Origin: Octopus bimaculoides | Lineage: Eukaryota | NCBI RefSeq assembly: GCF_001194135.2 | Contig: NC_068982.1 | Span: forward strand, 49,421,286 to 49,485,285 | Direction of reading: 5' to 3' | DNA: 64,000 bases | Part shown: positions 52,573 to 64,000 of the stretch, piece after piece | Layout of the letters: the number at the start of each line of letters is the position of its first letter | How positions within the stretch are numbered: position 1 is the first letter of the stretch | The notes under the pieces: generated by a model | The model's database searches: none | What the model was told of the DNA's origin: nothing | The model's input: only the letters and a program-made list of their open reading frames with translations | Made by a program: the position numbers and the translations under genes

Positions 52573-54124
52573 TAAAACAGAATCATTAGCATGCAGGACA
52601 AAATGTTTTACAGCATTTTGTCCATGTTTGTGTTCTAAGTTCAAAGCAAATCTTGCTTTTAGTTCAGTTATTTAGGCCCTTGCCCAATATATCCCTGGCC
52701 TTATATGTCAAAGCAAGAAAGAATTTATATTTGGAATAAAAAGTTTTAATCAAGATATAAAACTGTCATTGCATTTTCCTCTATCTGCATTGGTTTCATT
52801 CTGCTGCATAGCTGCATTTCACTCAGCATTGAACAATATTTTCATTTTCTTAGTATTTTGGTCTCCATAGTAACCAGCCATCTTAGATTTGTGATCTTTG
52901 TAGCAGCCAGTTGTCTTTTAATTTTCCACTGAAGCAGGAAATTGAACGATGTAGATAGTGACTCAAGGTGGTGAATTTGTACAATCATCAGGAATGCTGG
53001 ACAAAATTGCTTTGCAATATTTAACCTTATGCTGCACATTCTGAGTTCAAATCTTGGCTTTTCATTATCTTAAAGGCTGATGAAATAAAGTACCAGGTAA
53101 ATGCTGGGTTTCAGCTAATCTCTTATGGCCATCCCTTTATGTTTATGTTAATGATCACTAAAATGTACTCAATACCAATAAGTGTGATACCCAAAATGAT
53201 ACAGTGGGCAAATGAATTCAGTGTTACATGGCAGACTGACAGAGAATTAGAACTTCTTGAGATATGACTGCCTGTACTGAAGTAGTTTGGTAGTAAGAAT
53301 ATTCATGTAAGTTCATGAACGACTCAGATGGTGAATTTTCTGCAGGTAGTAATAAGATTCTGTTACTGAAAAGACTGAATTAGAGATGGTTAATGGTTGT
53401 AATGAAAGTAAAGCAGCTAGAGTAAATATTTTCAGTGTTTTTGCAGATTCCCATGACTCACTTTTGCTATCCAATTCCATTATTATTAATTTGAATTGGG
53501 AGTTTCAGTCATAGTGAATCTTTCATTAGCTGATTACACAACTGCAGACACTGCCCCTATGGATGCATTGCAGTTATTCTATTCACACAGCTTGTTGATC
53601 CTAACCCTTGATCTTCTTGAATTTCTCCACTCAGAATCAATTTAAGAAGCACCATTGAATCATTTGAGTGATTCCACTACCTCTTCACAATCCACTACAT
53701 TGCAGTTCCATGACTTCACTGTCCCTTGCAAGGTAGCTGTATGTGTGTTATACCTTGCCAAAGGGCAACCTGTAACCATGCAGGACATGCTTCCCTCTGT
53801 GAGGAATTTTCAAAATACCCTTATACCCATAGAGTAAATAAGATGTGAGAAAACAGTTCAGGGAGCTGTTGACTCTTTTGGCAACAAAGATGTTTTTCTT
53901 TCTGAAATTAATGTGCAAGTGGCTGAGCACTCCATAGACAAGCATACCCTTAATGTAGCCCTCAGGGAGATTCAGTGTGATACAGTGTATGACAAGGTTG
54001 GCACTTCGAAATACAGGTACTACTCATTTCTGGCAGCTGAGTGAACAAGAACCATGTGAAATAAAATGTCTTTCTCAAGAATACAACAAGTCGCTGGGAA
54101 TTGAAGTCATATTTCTGACCACCA

Positions 54125-54721
54125 GCCAAGCATACATGTGGAGACAGCCAAAAGAAGCATTTGACCCATACTGCCTTCTTCCAACTGTTAAAAATGGAGG
54201 AGGATCTGTGATGATGTGGGGGGCTATATCTTGGAAATCCACCGGTCCAATGGTTTCCCTTCATGGCAGAATTAATAGTCAAGACTATTTATGCATTTTT
54301 TCTGATCAAATTCATCCTATGGTTGTGGAACTGTTTCTGGGGGGAAATACCGTCTTTCAGGATGATAATGCACCAATTCATACAGCTAAAGTTGTTACTG
54401 AATGGCATGAGGAACATTCTACTGAAGTTGAACATCTTATCTGGCGACCACAGTCCCTAAATCTCAATATTATTGTACATTTATGGTGCATTTTAGAAAA
54501 ACAAGTAAGGAATCGATATCCTCCACCATCATCACTACAAGGACTGGAGACTGTTTTAGATGAAGACTGGACAAAAATTCCTTTGGAAACAATTCAAACT
54601 TTGTATGAGTCCATATCTCGTAGAATTCAAGCTGCAATTACTGCCAAAGGCAGTCCTACTCCATAGTAAAATAAATTTGCTTGAAATTTTAAGGTGTTTC
54701 TATTATTTTGTCCGTCCCCTG
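54125..54721 (+). mobile_element. Tc1-family (DD34E) element, 3' half
   Basis: PTVKNGGGSVMMWG..FQDDNAPIH..WRPQSLNLNIIVHLW; right TIR ..TTTTGTCCGTCCCCTG|TA. The 5' part of the 229-aa ORF is read-through from a SINE. Confidence 0.9.
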
Positions 54722-56337
54722 TATATATCATGGACTCTACCATTATTAGATGATGTATGAGGGTTCAGCAATTTCTTGCTGAACAACTGCACAGATGATT
54801 TGTTTATAGTGATCAAATGTTTGTGTCTACATAAACTCACTCCCTCCATCAAATCAACATTACCTCTACAGGTGCACCATGTGCCACATGTCAGATAACG
54901 AAATGATCACAGAGCAACATGAGATGAAGTGCTTTGCTCAAGAACACAACACGATGCCCGGTCTTGGAAGTGAAACCACAATCTTGCAATCGCAAGTGCA
55001 ATACCCTAACCACAAATCCATGTGTCTTCACATACACACACATGCACGCAAACACGCACACACGCACACAAACACACACACACACACACACACACATACA
55101 TATATATCGTTGCTATTATGAAAAAGTGTTGTAAGTCCAAAATGTTGCTTTTTCAGAAAACAAATAGTTTCACTTTTCCATTTATTTTTACATTAGCAAC
55201 AGTTTCAGCTTAACAATAATACTTTGTTGGGGGCATAAAATCGTAACTCCATGCATGTATGATATTTTCAATCAGAAATATTTTTTTGCAAAACTGTTGT
55301 ATGTGGGACTTACTATACTTTTGGAAAATGCTAAACCCTTGTACTACACTTTGACAATTTACATATCTTTGCATCTGAAACAACTGGAGATAGAACAGTT
55401 TGACCAAAAGAACTGGCTATTGCAAGCAAAATCAAATATTGAACAAAACACATTTGGCCAAATTTGAACATAGGACAGTTTAACATAATAGCAATATATA
55501 TATATATATATCAAAATGATCCTTCCCAAGCAATAGACTTATATAGCCTGTTTTCGGGATTCTGTGATGTATATATTCCCCTCAGGGAAGGATATCAGTT
55601 CATCACAGGATTATTCATTTTTACCAGTTGGGTGGATTGGAATAATGTTAAATGAAGCATTTTGCTCAAAAATACAACACACTGACCAGTCCATGAACCT
55701 AAACCATAATCTAGTGTTCATGAACATGCAACACCCTAACCACTAAGCCACACACATCGACACACACACATATGCATATATTTATATTATAGATAGATTG
55801 ATTTATTTTGGATCTAACAAATATTTTTTCCTCCTTCTTCTTTCAAGGTAAGATTGCTTTCAATATAAATCATCAGAACAGATTAATGAAAAACTTGATA
55901 CATTCTAAACCATACATAAATTCTCCCAATTATATGTTAATCTTTATTTTAGCATTAACATTATATATGTATATATTTATGTATATGTATATATCTATGT
56001 ATATCCTGAAATATTCGACAACCACCATTTTGAGTTCTTTCACCAAAACATAAAAAGAAATATCTTGCTGGATTTTGCAGCAAGAAACAAAGAATTTTCT
56101 CTTGTTGAATAGCTTCAGTTTAGATAATTGTAACAGTAATAATAAACATTTATAAAATTAACTTTTCTGAAATAATTCTCTATTTCAAAAAATTTTAAAA
56201 GTAATAAATTTTGTAAATAGAATTCTGATGGGAGATATATTCTAAGTAAGGTTAGCCTATGTTATGAAAGTGTTAATATTTATATATGTGGATATCTGAA
56301 CAACAAAAAATGTTTCATTTCAACAGAAAATGTAGAT

Positions 56338-56788
56338 ATTTAGCAAGGAAAATATTTGAAACTTCTATTGACAACAAATATTTCATTTTTGTCGTATAAG
56401 CAATCTATGTGACAATGCAAAACTTCATTAATCACTGATATTTGTATCTGTCTTTGGTAGTAATTATTCAAATTTTGGGCAAGAAGTAAATAGGTTTACT
56501 TCCTATTTTCAATGAAATTTTAAAATGTCTTTTTGAATGATTACATTAGAAGTGCTATAAAAAAATATATTTCCTGTGAGATTACTGAACTTAACAAAGT
56601 CTGAAGCCAAGTTTCTTATGTAAATGGACAATTACTTGGAAATATTTCTGAATACTTGTCAAGATTAAGAATCGTAATATGTAGTTTCAAGGAATGATAA
56701 TATTTCAAACTTTCTAATATACCTTCTTATTTGAGAAAACCCCGGAAATCAGCTTTTGAACATTTTTTTATGTGTGTTACATTAAAAC
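56338..56788 (+). repeat. Copy 2 of the ~450-bp direct duplication
   Basis: See 44447-44903. Confidence 0.9.
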
Positions 56789-56969
56789 AATGGCAATTAT
56801 GTTTTACACGGTACAAAATTTATTGATCCGTTAATGCATTACTAATATATTTTACTGACTGTAAAAGCAAAGTTGACCTATTATAGATTTAAACTCAAGA
56901 GTAATAAGTGTTACTGAGTGACGATGGTAGAGTGGATGATAATGAACAACTATTTGAGATGTTTTTTCC

Positions 56970-57395
56970 TACCCTTGAGAAAACCCGTCAAGCCAAGTGA
57001 AACCGTAGTTGTGGCTGATGCTGGTGTCACATAACAGGAACCTGCCCCAGTGGCATGTAAAAAGCACCCTTCGAACATATGGGGCCTCATGGAGGCAATG
57101 ATAAGTGACTGAGACCTTTGGTGATATGCTATGCTTGAGAAGATTTATCAAGCCAAGTGAAAGCATAGTTGTGGCCAATGCCGGTGTCATGTAACTGGTA
57201 CCCATGCTATTGGCATGTAAAAAGTACCCATTGCACTCTTGGGGTGGTTGGCATTAGGAAGGACATCCAGTCAAAGAAACCATGCCAAATCAGATTGGAA
57301 CGTGGTGCAGCTCTCCAGCTTACCAGTTTCAGTCAAACTGTCTAACCCATAGCAGCATGGAAAGTAGACGTTAAATGATGATGATGATGATGATC
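56970..57395 (+). mobile_element. RTE 3' UTR and (GAT)n tail
   Basis: Shared UTR repeats and terminus. Confidence 0.8.
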
Positions 57396-57982
57396 AATGC
57401 CATGTGATTGTGAAGATGTTGTGCAGTTCACCTGACTGTTATTGAGTACCACAGAAGAGAAACAACCTGCACCACTATAGTCAGCAGCAGTTTTCTTAAT
57501 TCGGTTTGTGGTATGTTTGCTTTCAATATCATGTTCAACATCTACAGTAACAGAAGCTACCAGCAGTAAGGGGTAGAGGTATCTATCATCTGTTTAATAC
57601 TACAAAAACTGATATAGGAGCTAGGTCATGCGGTCCATAGTGATTTAGGAAAGGATTCTCTTAGTATATGTCATTGAACAAGAGCAGCAGTTCTCAGATG
57701 GTGTGTTGCACTGTGGATTTTTAAGAATATAATTTAATGATTTAGAAAATCCATAAATAATCTATGATGATCTTGAAAAACTTGTCATTCATAATTTAGT
57801 TATACCAAAGTATAACTATTAAAACAAGGTTATCAATAGTTATCTATATATTTGCTGTCGTATTCTTTCAGTTATTACTCAACATTCATGACCATAGGTG
57901 ACAGGTAACTTGGGCAGATATCTTTTTCTATAGTCTTTGGTTGACCAAAGTCTTGTGAGTGAAATATGACTGAAGGAAACTA

Positions 57983-58196
57983 CGGAGTGATTGAAAAGTA
58001 ACTCCCTATTTTAAAATACTTATGAATTATTTATTAATTGTAATTTTTACAAAAAAACTGGATATAAGAGGAAAGCTTTTAGTATGAGGTTTCATTTAAA
58101 ATTCAAAATACAAACACAAAAAATTTGACAAAAAATTACAATTAATAAATAATTTATAAATATTTTAAAATAGAGAGTTACTTTTCAATCACCCTG
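57983..58196. mobile_element. Tc1/mariner-type MITE with ~65-bp TIRs
   Basis: TA|CGGAGTGATTGAAAAGTAACTC.CTATTTTAAAATA ... TATTTTAAAATAGAGAGTTACTTTTCAATCACCCTG|TA. Confidence 0.85.
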
Positions 58197-58282
58197 TACA
58201 TGAAGTGGGACTGAACTCAGAACCATGAAGTTGGGAAACAAGCTTCTTACCATGCACCCACACCTGCACCTATTATTCAACC

Positions 58283-59520
58283 CCTTCAGGTAGATGGTCC
58301 TGCTCAGTATGTAGAAAAGGAGTAGGTAGTAACTCTATAAGATGTACCCGGTGCAAGCTATGGACACATAAGAGGTGCAGCAACATCAAAGGCAGGTTAA
58401 CTAGGAAGTTACTTTTTGTTTGTGGCAGATGTTCAGGTGCAATAAAGACTGTAAACAAACAGGAAACAACTTCTATCTCATTCCAGGGTGAAAAACTAGA
58501 GGTAGTTGATAGCTTCCGCTATCTGGGCGACCAAGTTAGTAGTGGGGGCGGGTGCGCTGAAAGTGTAGCTGCTAGAATANNNNNNNNNNNNNNNNNNNNN
58601 NNNNNNNNNNNNNNNNNNNNNNNNNNNNNNNNNNNNNNNNNNNNNNNNNNNNNNNNNNNNNNNNNNNNNNNNNNNNNNNNNNNNNNNNNNNNNNNNNNNN
58701 NNNNNNNNNNNNNNNNNNNNNNNNNNNNNNNNNNNNNNNNNNNNNNNNNNNNNNNNNNNNNNNNNNNNNNNNNNNNNNNNNNNNNNNNNNNNNNNNNNNN
58801 NNNNNNNNNNNNNNNNNNNNNNNNNNNNNNNNNNNNNNNNNNNNNNNNNNNNNNNNNNNNNNNNNNNNNNNNNNNNNNNNNNNNNNNNNNNNNNNNNNNN
58901 NNNNNNNNNNNNNNNNNNNNNNNNNNNNNNNNNNNNNNNNNNNNNNNNNNNNNNNNNNNNNNNNNNNNNNNNNNNNNNNNNNNNNNNNNNNNNNNNNNNN
59001 NNNNNNNNNNNNNNNNNNNNNNNNNNNNNNNNNNNNNNNNNNNNNNNNNNNNNNNNNNNNNNNNNNNNNNNNNNNNNNNNNNNNNNNNNNNNNNNNNNNN
59101 NNNNNNNNNNNNNNNNNNNNNNNNNNNNNNNNNNNNNNNNNNNNNNNNNNNNNNNNNNNNNNNNNNNNNNNNNNNNNNNNNNNNNNNNNNNNNNNNNNNN
59201 NNNNNNNNNNNNNACCGCCTGACTGGCTCCCGTAGGATTTTCGAGTGAGATCGTTGCCAGTGCCCCTGGACTGGCTTGTGCGGGTGGCACATAAAAGACA
59301 CCATTTCGAGCGTGGCCGTTTTCGTGCGGGTGACACGTAAAAGCACCCACTACACTCTCTGAGTGGTTGGTGTTAGGAAGGGCATCCAGCTGTAGAAACT
59401 CTGCCAAATTAGATTGGAGCCTGGTGTTGCCATCCGGTTTCACCAGTCCTCAGTCAAATCGTCCAACCCATGCTAGCATGGAAAGCGGACGTTAAACGAT
59501 GATGATGATGATGATGATGA
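58283..59520 (+). mobile_element. Young 5'-truncated RTE LINE with a PHD-like finger, spanning a gap
   Basis: 99 stop-free codons PSGRWSCSVC...CGRC...LEVVDSFRYLGDQVSSGGGCAESVAARI, then the N-gap, then a CpG-rich 3' UTR and (GAT)n tail. Confidence 0.85.
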
Positions 59521-60659
59521 ATATAACTCAAGATAATATGAGGGCTAAGCTCAAAAACATATATCGATGTTAATCGAGCACAAAAGCCAGAAGAGATAAG
59601 TTTAATACTGAAAATAGCATAGAGTTATTAGCTAAGTGCCAAGTGTTTATAATGGTTAAAGATCACTAGGAAGATTTAGAATTTGGCCTGCAATGTTGAC
59701 TGAGCAAAGTCTGAAATATTTATCAATGAATATTCTATCTATATATCTATACATCCACCTATGTTGCCATCAACCATCCAGATATCTGCCTTCTATATTT
59801 CTGATTTTGTGTCTTTATTTTTTTGCTTGTTTCAGTCATTTGACTGCTGCCATGCTGATGCACTGTCTTGAAGGACTTAAGTCAATCAAATCAATCCTAG
59901 TTTTAATTTTTAGTTTATTTTTGAAGTCTAGAACTTATTTCATCCATTTCTTTTGCCGGACTGCTACATTATGGGGATGCAAATAAACCAACACCAGTTG
60001 TCAAGCGGTGGAGGTGTAATTGACAAATACAGGCATATACTTACACACATATATGGACATACACACACACACACACATATATATATTAACATATATACAT
60101 GTACACACATATAAATGCTTGTACACACACACACACACACATAGGTGGACGTTAAATGATGATGATATTAACAACGATAAGGAGAACGGAGATTTTTCAC
60201 ATCTATAATTTTATTAAACAGTTATTTACAGCATTCTTATCTGGACCTCTGTGCATTTCAGCTGCATCAGTTGCACACTGTTAGATATGCATCCTGGTGT
60301 CATTGTCAGTACAGTTTCACCAGGGTCCTTATTTACTGCCATTTCAAAGTGAAACTGAAGGAATCAGCAAGATGAATGAATAAAGTGTTTTTTAGGAGGT
60401 ATGGATGTTACTATAAATAGTTGTAGGAATCTTGACCTATATATATGGGTTATATATGTGAACCCCTTCTAGGGGCCCTAGCCATCCAATATAGATTTTT
60501 ATTAAACTTCAATGAGCCTAGTAACAAACTGGATGTTACTTTAACATGCTTGCAAAGTTTCACGAAAATTCATTAACGAGTGTAGACGGCAACTTGACAC
60601 AGACAGACATCCAAACAGACAACTTGCATCTATATATGTATAGATATTTTCTATCTTAC

Positions 60660-61000
60660 AAGTCAACATGAAAAGGTGGCACTCTGTTGCTTCTGATGAC
60701 AAGGGTTCCAGTTGATCTGATCAATGGAATAGCCTGCTCATGAAATTAAGGTGCAAGTGGCTGACCACTCCATGAACACATGTACCCTTAACGTAGTTCT
60801 CAGGGAGATTCAGCATGACACAGTGTGACAAGGCTGGCCCTTAGAAATGCAGGTACTACTCATTTTTTGTCAGTTGAGTGGATTGGAGCAAAAATGAAAT
60901 AAAGCATCTTGCTCAAGGACACAATGTATCGCAGGGGATTGAATTCACGATCTTGTGATCATGAGCCGAATAATCTAACCATTAAGCCATGCACCTTCAC
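60660..61000 (-). mobile_element. SINE family C variant
   Basis: Well-preserved reverse copy ending CTAACCATTAAGCCA. Confidence 0.75.
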
Positions 61001-62025
61001 AAGTCAACATGATATATTAGTGTAAATATGGAGTGTAAGCATTTAAACATCGTCATTATCTTTTTAAATCCTGCCACATTTCCCATGGAACTTTTGATCC
61101 TCTAAAGTCGTTTTGGTATATAAATCAACCGACCATTTTTTTGGATGTAAATTTGATCTGAAAATTTTAGTATCTAATTATTACATAACATATGCAACAG
61201 TCTGTTCTCAATCATAATTGTATTCTAGCAATTGCTTCTATTATACAATTAAACTCTACCTAATTTGGCATTGAATGCAACCCATTTATCACATATCTTA
61301 TATCTGTCTTTAGTACACACAAACTATTCATAATATGTGAAATATATCTAAAATTTTATATGAAAAAATTTTAGCCATATACATATGAGTATATTCACAG
61401 CAAAGTAATGTGCTTTGTATTTACCACTTTTAATTTTGGTACTGAGATAAGTATATCTGTGTGTGTGTGTGTGTGTGTGTGTGAGAAAGAGAGAGAGAGA
61501 GAGACTGTCCATGAAAATGTTCTTAAATTAAAAATGCATACATAATTGAATGTATATTTATTGAAAGCATCATTATAATAATTTTGAATTTTTCCAATTT
61601 CATTCTTCAGAGAATCTCATAATTTTTCGTTATTTCCAATACTAGTGTGGCAATTTAAAATTAAAGTATTAAAATATTAGAAGTGATTTTCTTAAAAGTT
61701 TGTTTTCTCCACCACCGCTACTCTGTCACTACTCCTCCTACCATTCTTCTCTCTTTATTCTATGAGATTATTCTTTTTAGCAGATGTTTCAACCATTTTA
61801 TCTATTTGTGTCACACTTTTAGAAAAAAGAAATATCCATTAATGAAAATATGCCATCCAGATACAGAAACAATGTATAAACGTACACACACACACACACA
61901 GAGGAAACTTACGCATTTGATGTATATGCATACAGATATAAGTATCCACCACGCTTACATCATATATATTTATATATAAATGCATATATTTATGTTTGTA
62001 TGTGTATGTGTGCGTGTGTGTGTGA

Positions 62026-62073
<48 letters not shown>

Positions 62074-62355
62074 NNNNNNNNNNNNNNNNNNNNNNNNNNN
62101 NNNNNNNNNNNNNNNNNNNNNNNNNNNNNNNNNNNNNNNNNNNNNNNNNNNNNNNNNNNNNNNNNNNNNNNNNNNNNNNNNNNNNNNNNNNNNNNNNNNN
62201 NNNNNNNNNNNNNNNNNNNNNNNNNNNNNNNNNNNNNNNNNNNNNNNNNNNNNNNNNNNNNNNNNNNNNNNNNNNNNNNNNNNNNNNNNNNNNNNNNNNN
62301 NNNNNNNNNNNNNNNNNNNNNNNNNNNNNNNNNNNNNNNNNNNNNNNNNNNNNNN

Positions 62356-62501
62356 TGGGGAGAGTCATTTTCTTATTGTGCCTTAAAATTTAACACACTC
62401 ACCAGTAAAATTTCCACTTATTTCTTACTTTTATTTTTAAGTGGAAATTTTACCAGTGAGTGTGTTAATTTTAAGGCACAATAAGAAAATGACTCTCCCC
62501 A
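62356..62501. repeat. Near-perfect palindrome (~65-bp arms, 17-nt spacer)
   Basis: TGGGGAGAGTCATTTTCTTATTGTGCCTTAAAATT.. versus ..AATTTTAAGGCACAATAAGAAAATGACTCTCCCCA. Confidence 0.9.
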
Positions 62502-62689
62502 GACACAACAGAATATGCTTCAACACACGAAATCACATAAACGATCTTGCAAACCAAATCCAAAAACGAAATATATATATATATATATATACATACATAT
62601 ATGACATTGCCAGACCCACACTCCATAATAACAGCCCCAGTAACAACAGCAGCAACAACAACATCTCCAGGCCCAAAGCTAATGGAAGA

Positions 62690-62815
62690 TGCACCAGAAA
62701 TGTGAACACAACCGACACTGAAGTCTGGAAATATATCAGGTCAACCAGAACTGCCTTCAAGTGGCATCTGTACAATCACAAGTCCTCTTTCAGGATTCCA
62801 GAAAGATGATCCACT
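62690..62815 (+). mobile_element. Penelope-like GIY-YIG fragment
   Basis: VNTTDTEVWKYIRSTRTAFKWHLYNHKSSFR resembles the PLE pattern YIG.T..FK.R..NH.SSF. Confidence 0.6.
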
Positions 62816-63659
62816 TGCTACAAGTAAATGATCAAAGTTATTCCGGCCATGACCATAATCTAAGAGAGCTCTGATCAAAGACATTTCAGCAGGGACTTTC
62901 TTGTCTTTCTTCGAGCAGAATGTACCTAGGATTATTTTGCTTAATGTGTTCTTCCTTTCTTAGGACAACAGAGTGTAATTTGTGAAAAATTAGTTGCTAT
63001 TTCTGGAAAGTTGAGTGACTTAAAAGCGCCTTCACTGGATCAAACTGTTCAACATTGAAGTATTTTCTAGATCATTTGTAATACAATCTTTGCTACCTGG
63101 CCTTTTCTTTCTTACTTGATCATTCTACCTGTGAATGAGAAAATAGTCCTGTAAGGAAGTTATCCTGATGTAAGTTTTATCAGCTTCTAAATCCAATGCA
63201 AATAAATCAAGGTTTTAAGCAACTATTCTGTCTAAGTGTTGGAAATGTTTATATTACCTTGTTGATAAGAAGCAAGAGAAATAAATAAATAGAGAGAGAA
63301 AAGTGTTATTTTCCCAGTTTGTTTGGATAGTGTGAACATAACATTTATTTTGTTCTACAAATGTTTTTATGCCAGCAGCTGACTACTCCTGCCATCATGA
63401 TTATCATCATCATCACCATGAATATCATCATCATTAGACTTATCTTTTACATGGTCGTCGTGGGCATCATCATCATCATCAATATTGTCAACAAGGAAGT
63501 ATTAAAGGTATGCCTAATCATTACATCTCTATAAATTTTTTTTATTACCTTATAACCAACACTGCCAAAATTTGTCATTGATGTATATATTATGATTTTC
63601 ATCACCACTGTTTTTTTTACTAAACCAACATCAAAGTATAATTGTAGCCAGCCCACTTA

Positions 63660-64000
63660 TGCATACCTTCCTTCATTGGAAACTAAACTCCGCTTGCGAA
63701 GACCTGTTGAGGCAAGTGAAATCGAAATCGAACTAAATTCGTCGATTGGCACCCATGCCAACGTCGTCTCCTTCATTGGACACGAAACTCAGCTTGCGAA
63801 GACCTGTTGGGGCAAACGAAAGCAATATCATGATGGCACCTGTGCCCAGCGTCGCCTTCCTGGCACTTGTGCTGGTGGCACATGTAAAGACATTCAAGCG
63901 AGATCGTTGCCAGTGCCGCGGGACTGGCTCCTGTGCAGGTGGCATGTAAAATACACCATTTTGAGCGTGGCCGTTGCCAGTACCGCCTGACTGGCCTTCG
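63660..64000 (+). mobile_element. Young RTE 3' UTR (runs off the window)
   Basis: Two ~110-bp units (CCTTCATTGGA.AC.AAACTC.GCTTGCGAAGACCTGTTG.GGCAA) followed by CpG-intact ~60-bp UTR repeats. Confidence 0.75.

Noticed and set aside
53290-53870. Possible piggyBac transposase N-terminal trace or exons
   Set aside because: Only a vague TAPMDALQLFY resemblance; splice candidates close in all useful frames.
58496-59443. Long ORFs spanning N-gaps (also at 18040, 30900, 39680, 44870 and 61970)
   Set aside because: Their length comes from X residues across assembly gaps.

Overview
AT-rich eukaryotic DNA from a draft assembly with 8 N-gaps (18278-18719, 30933-31115, 36054-36063, 37113-37122, 39847-40177, 44904-45332, 58580-59213, 62074-62355). 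The SINE and LINE repertoire and the (TA)n/(CA)n/(ATT)n load resemble an octopus (coleoid cephalopod) genome; this is my recognition of the repeats, not a database result. No intact protein-coding gene, rRNA, true tRNA or CRISPR array is visible. The window is mostly decayed transposons: RTE LINE fragments, three SINE families, two Penelope-like elements lying head-to-head, a Helitron helicase fragment, a full-length broken mariner, Tc1, hAT and MULE relics, an RLE-type LINE and at least seven MITE or palindrome families. The most notable items are a stop-free PHD-type C4HC3 finger inside an RTE reverse-transcriptase region, a Penelope-type minimal hammerhead ribozyme motif, a phase-compatible chain of candidate minus-strand exons of an unidentified helical-repeat-like protein, and an anomalous 2.7-kb block with tandem and inverted repeats. 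Most long ORFs in the track are microsatellite or gap artefacts. Element boundaries were read by eye and are approximate unless a TSD is cited.
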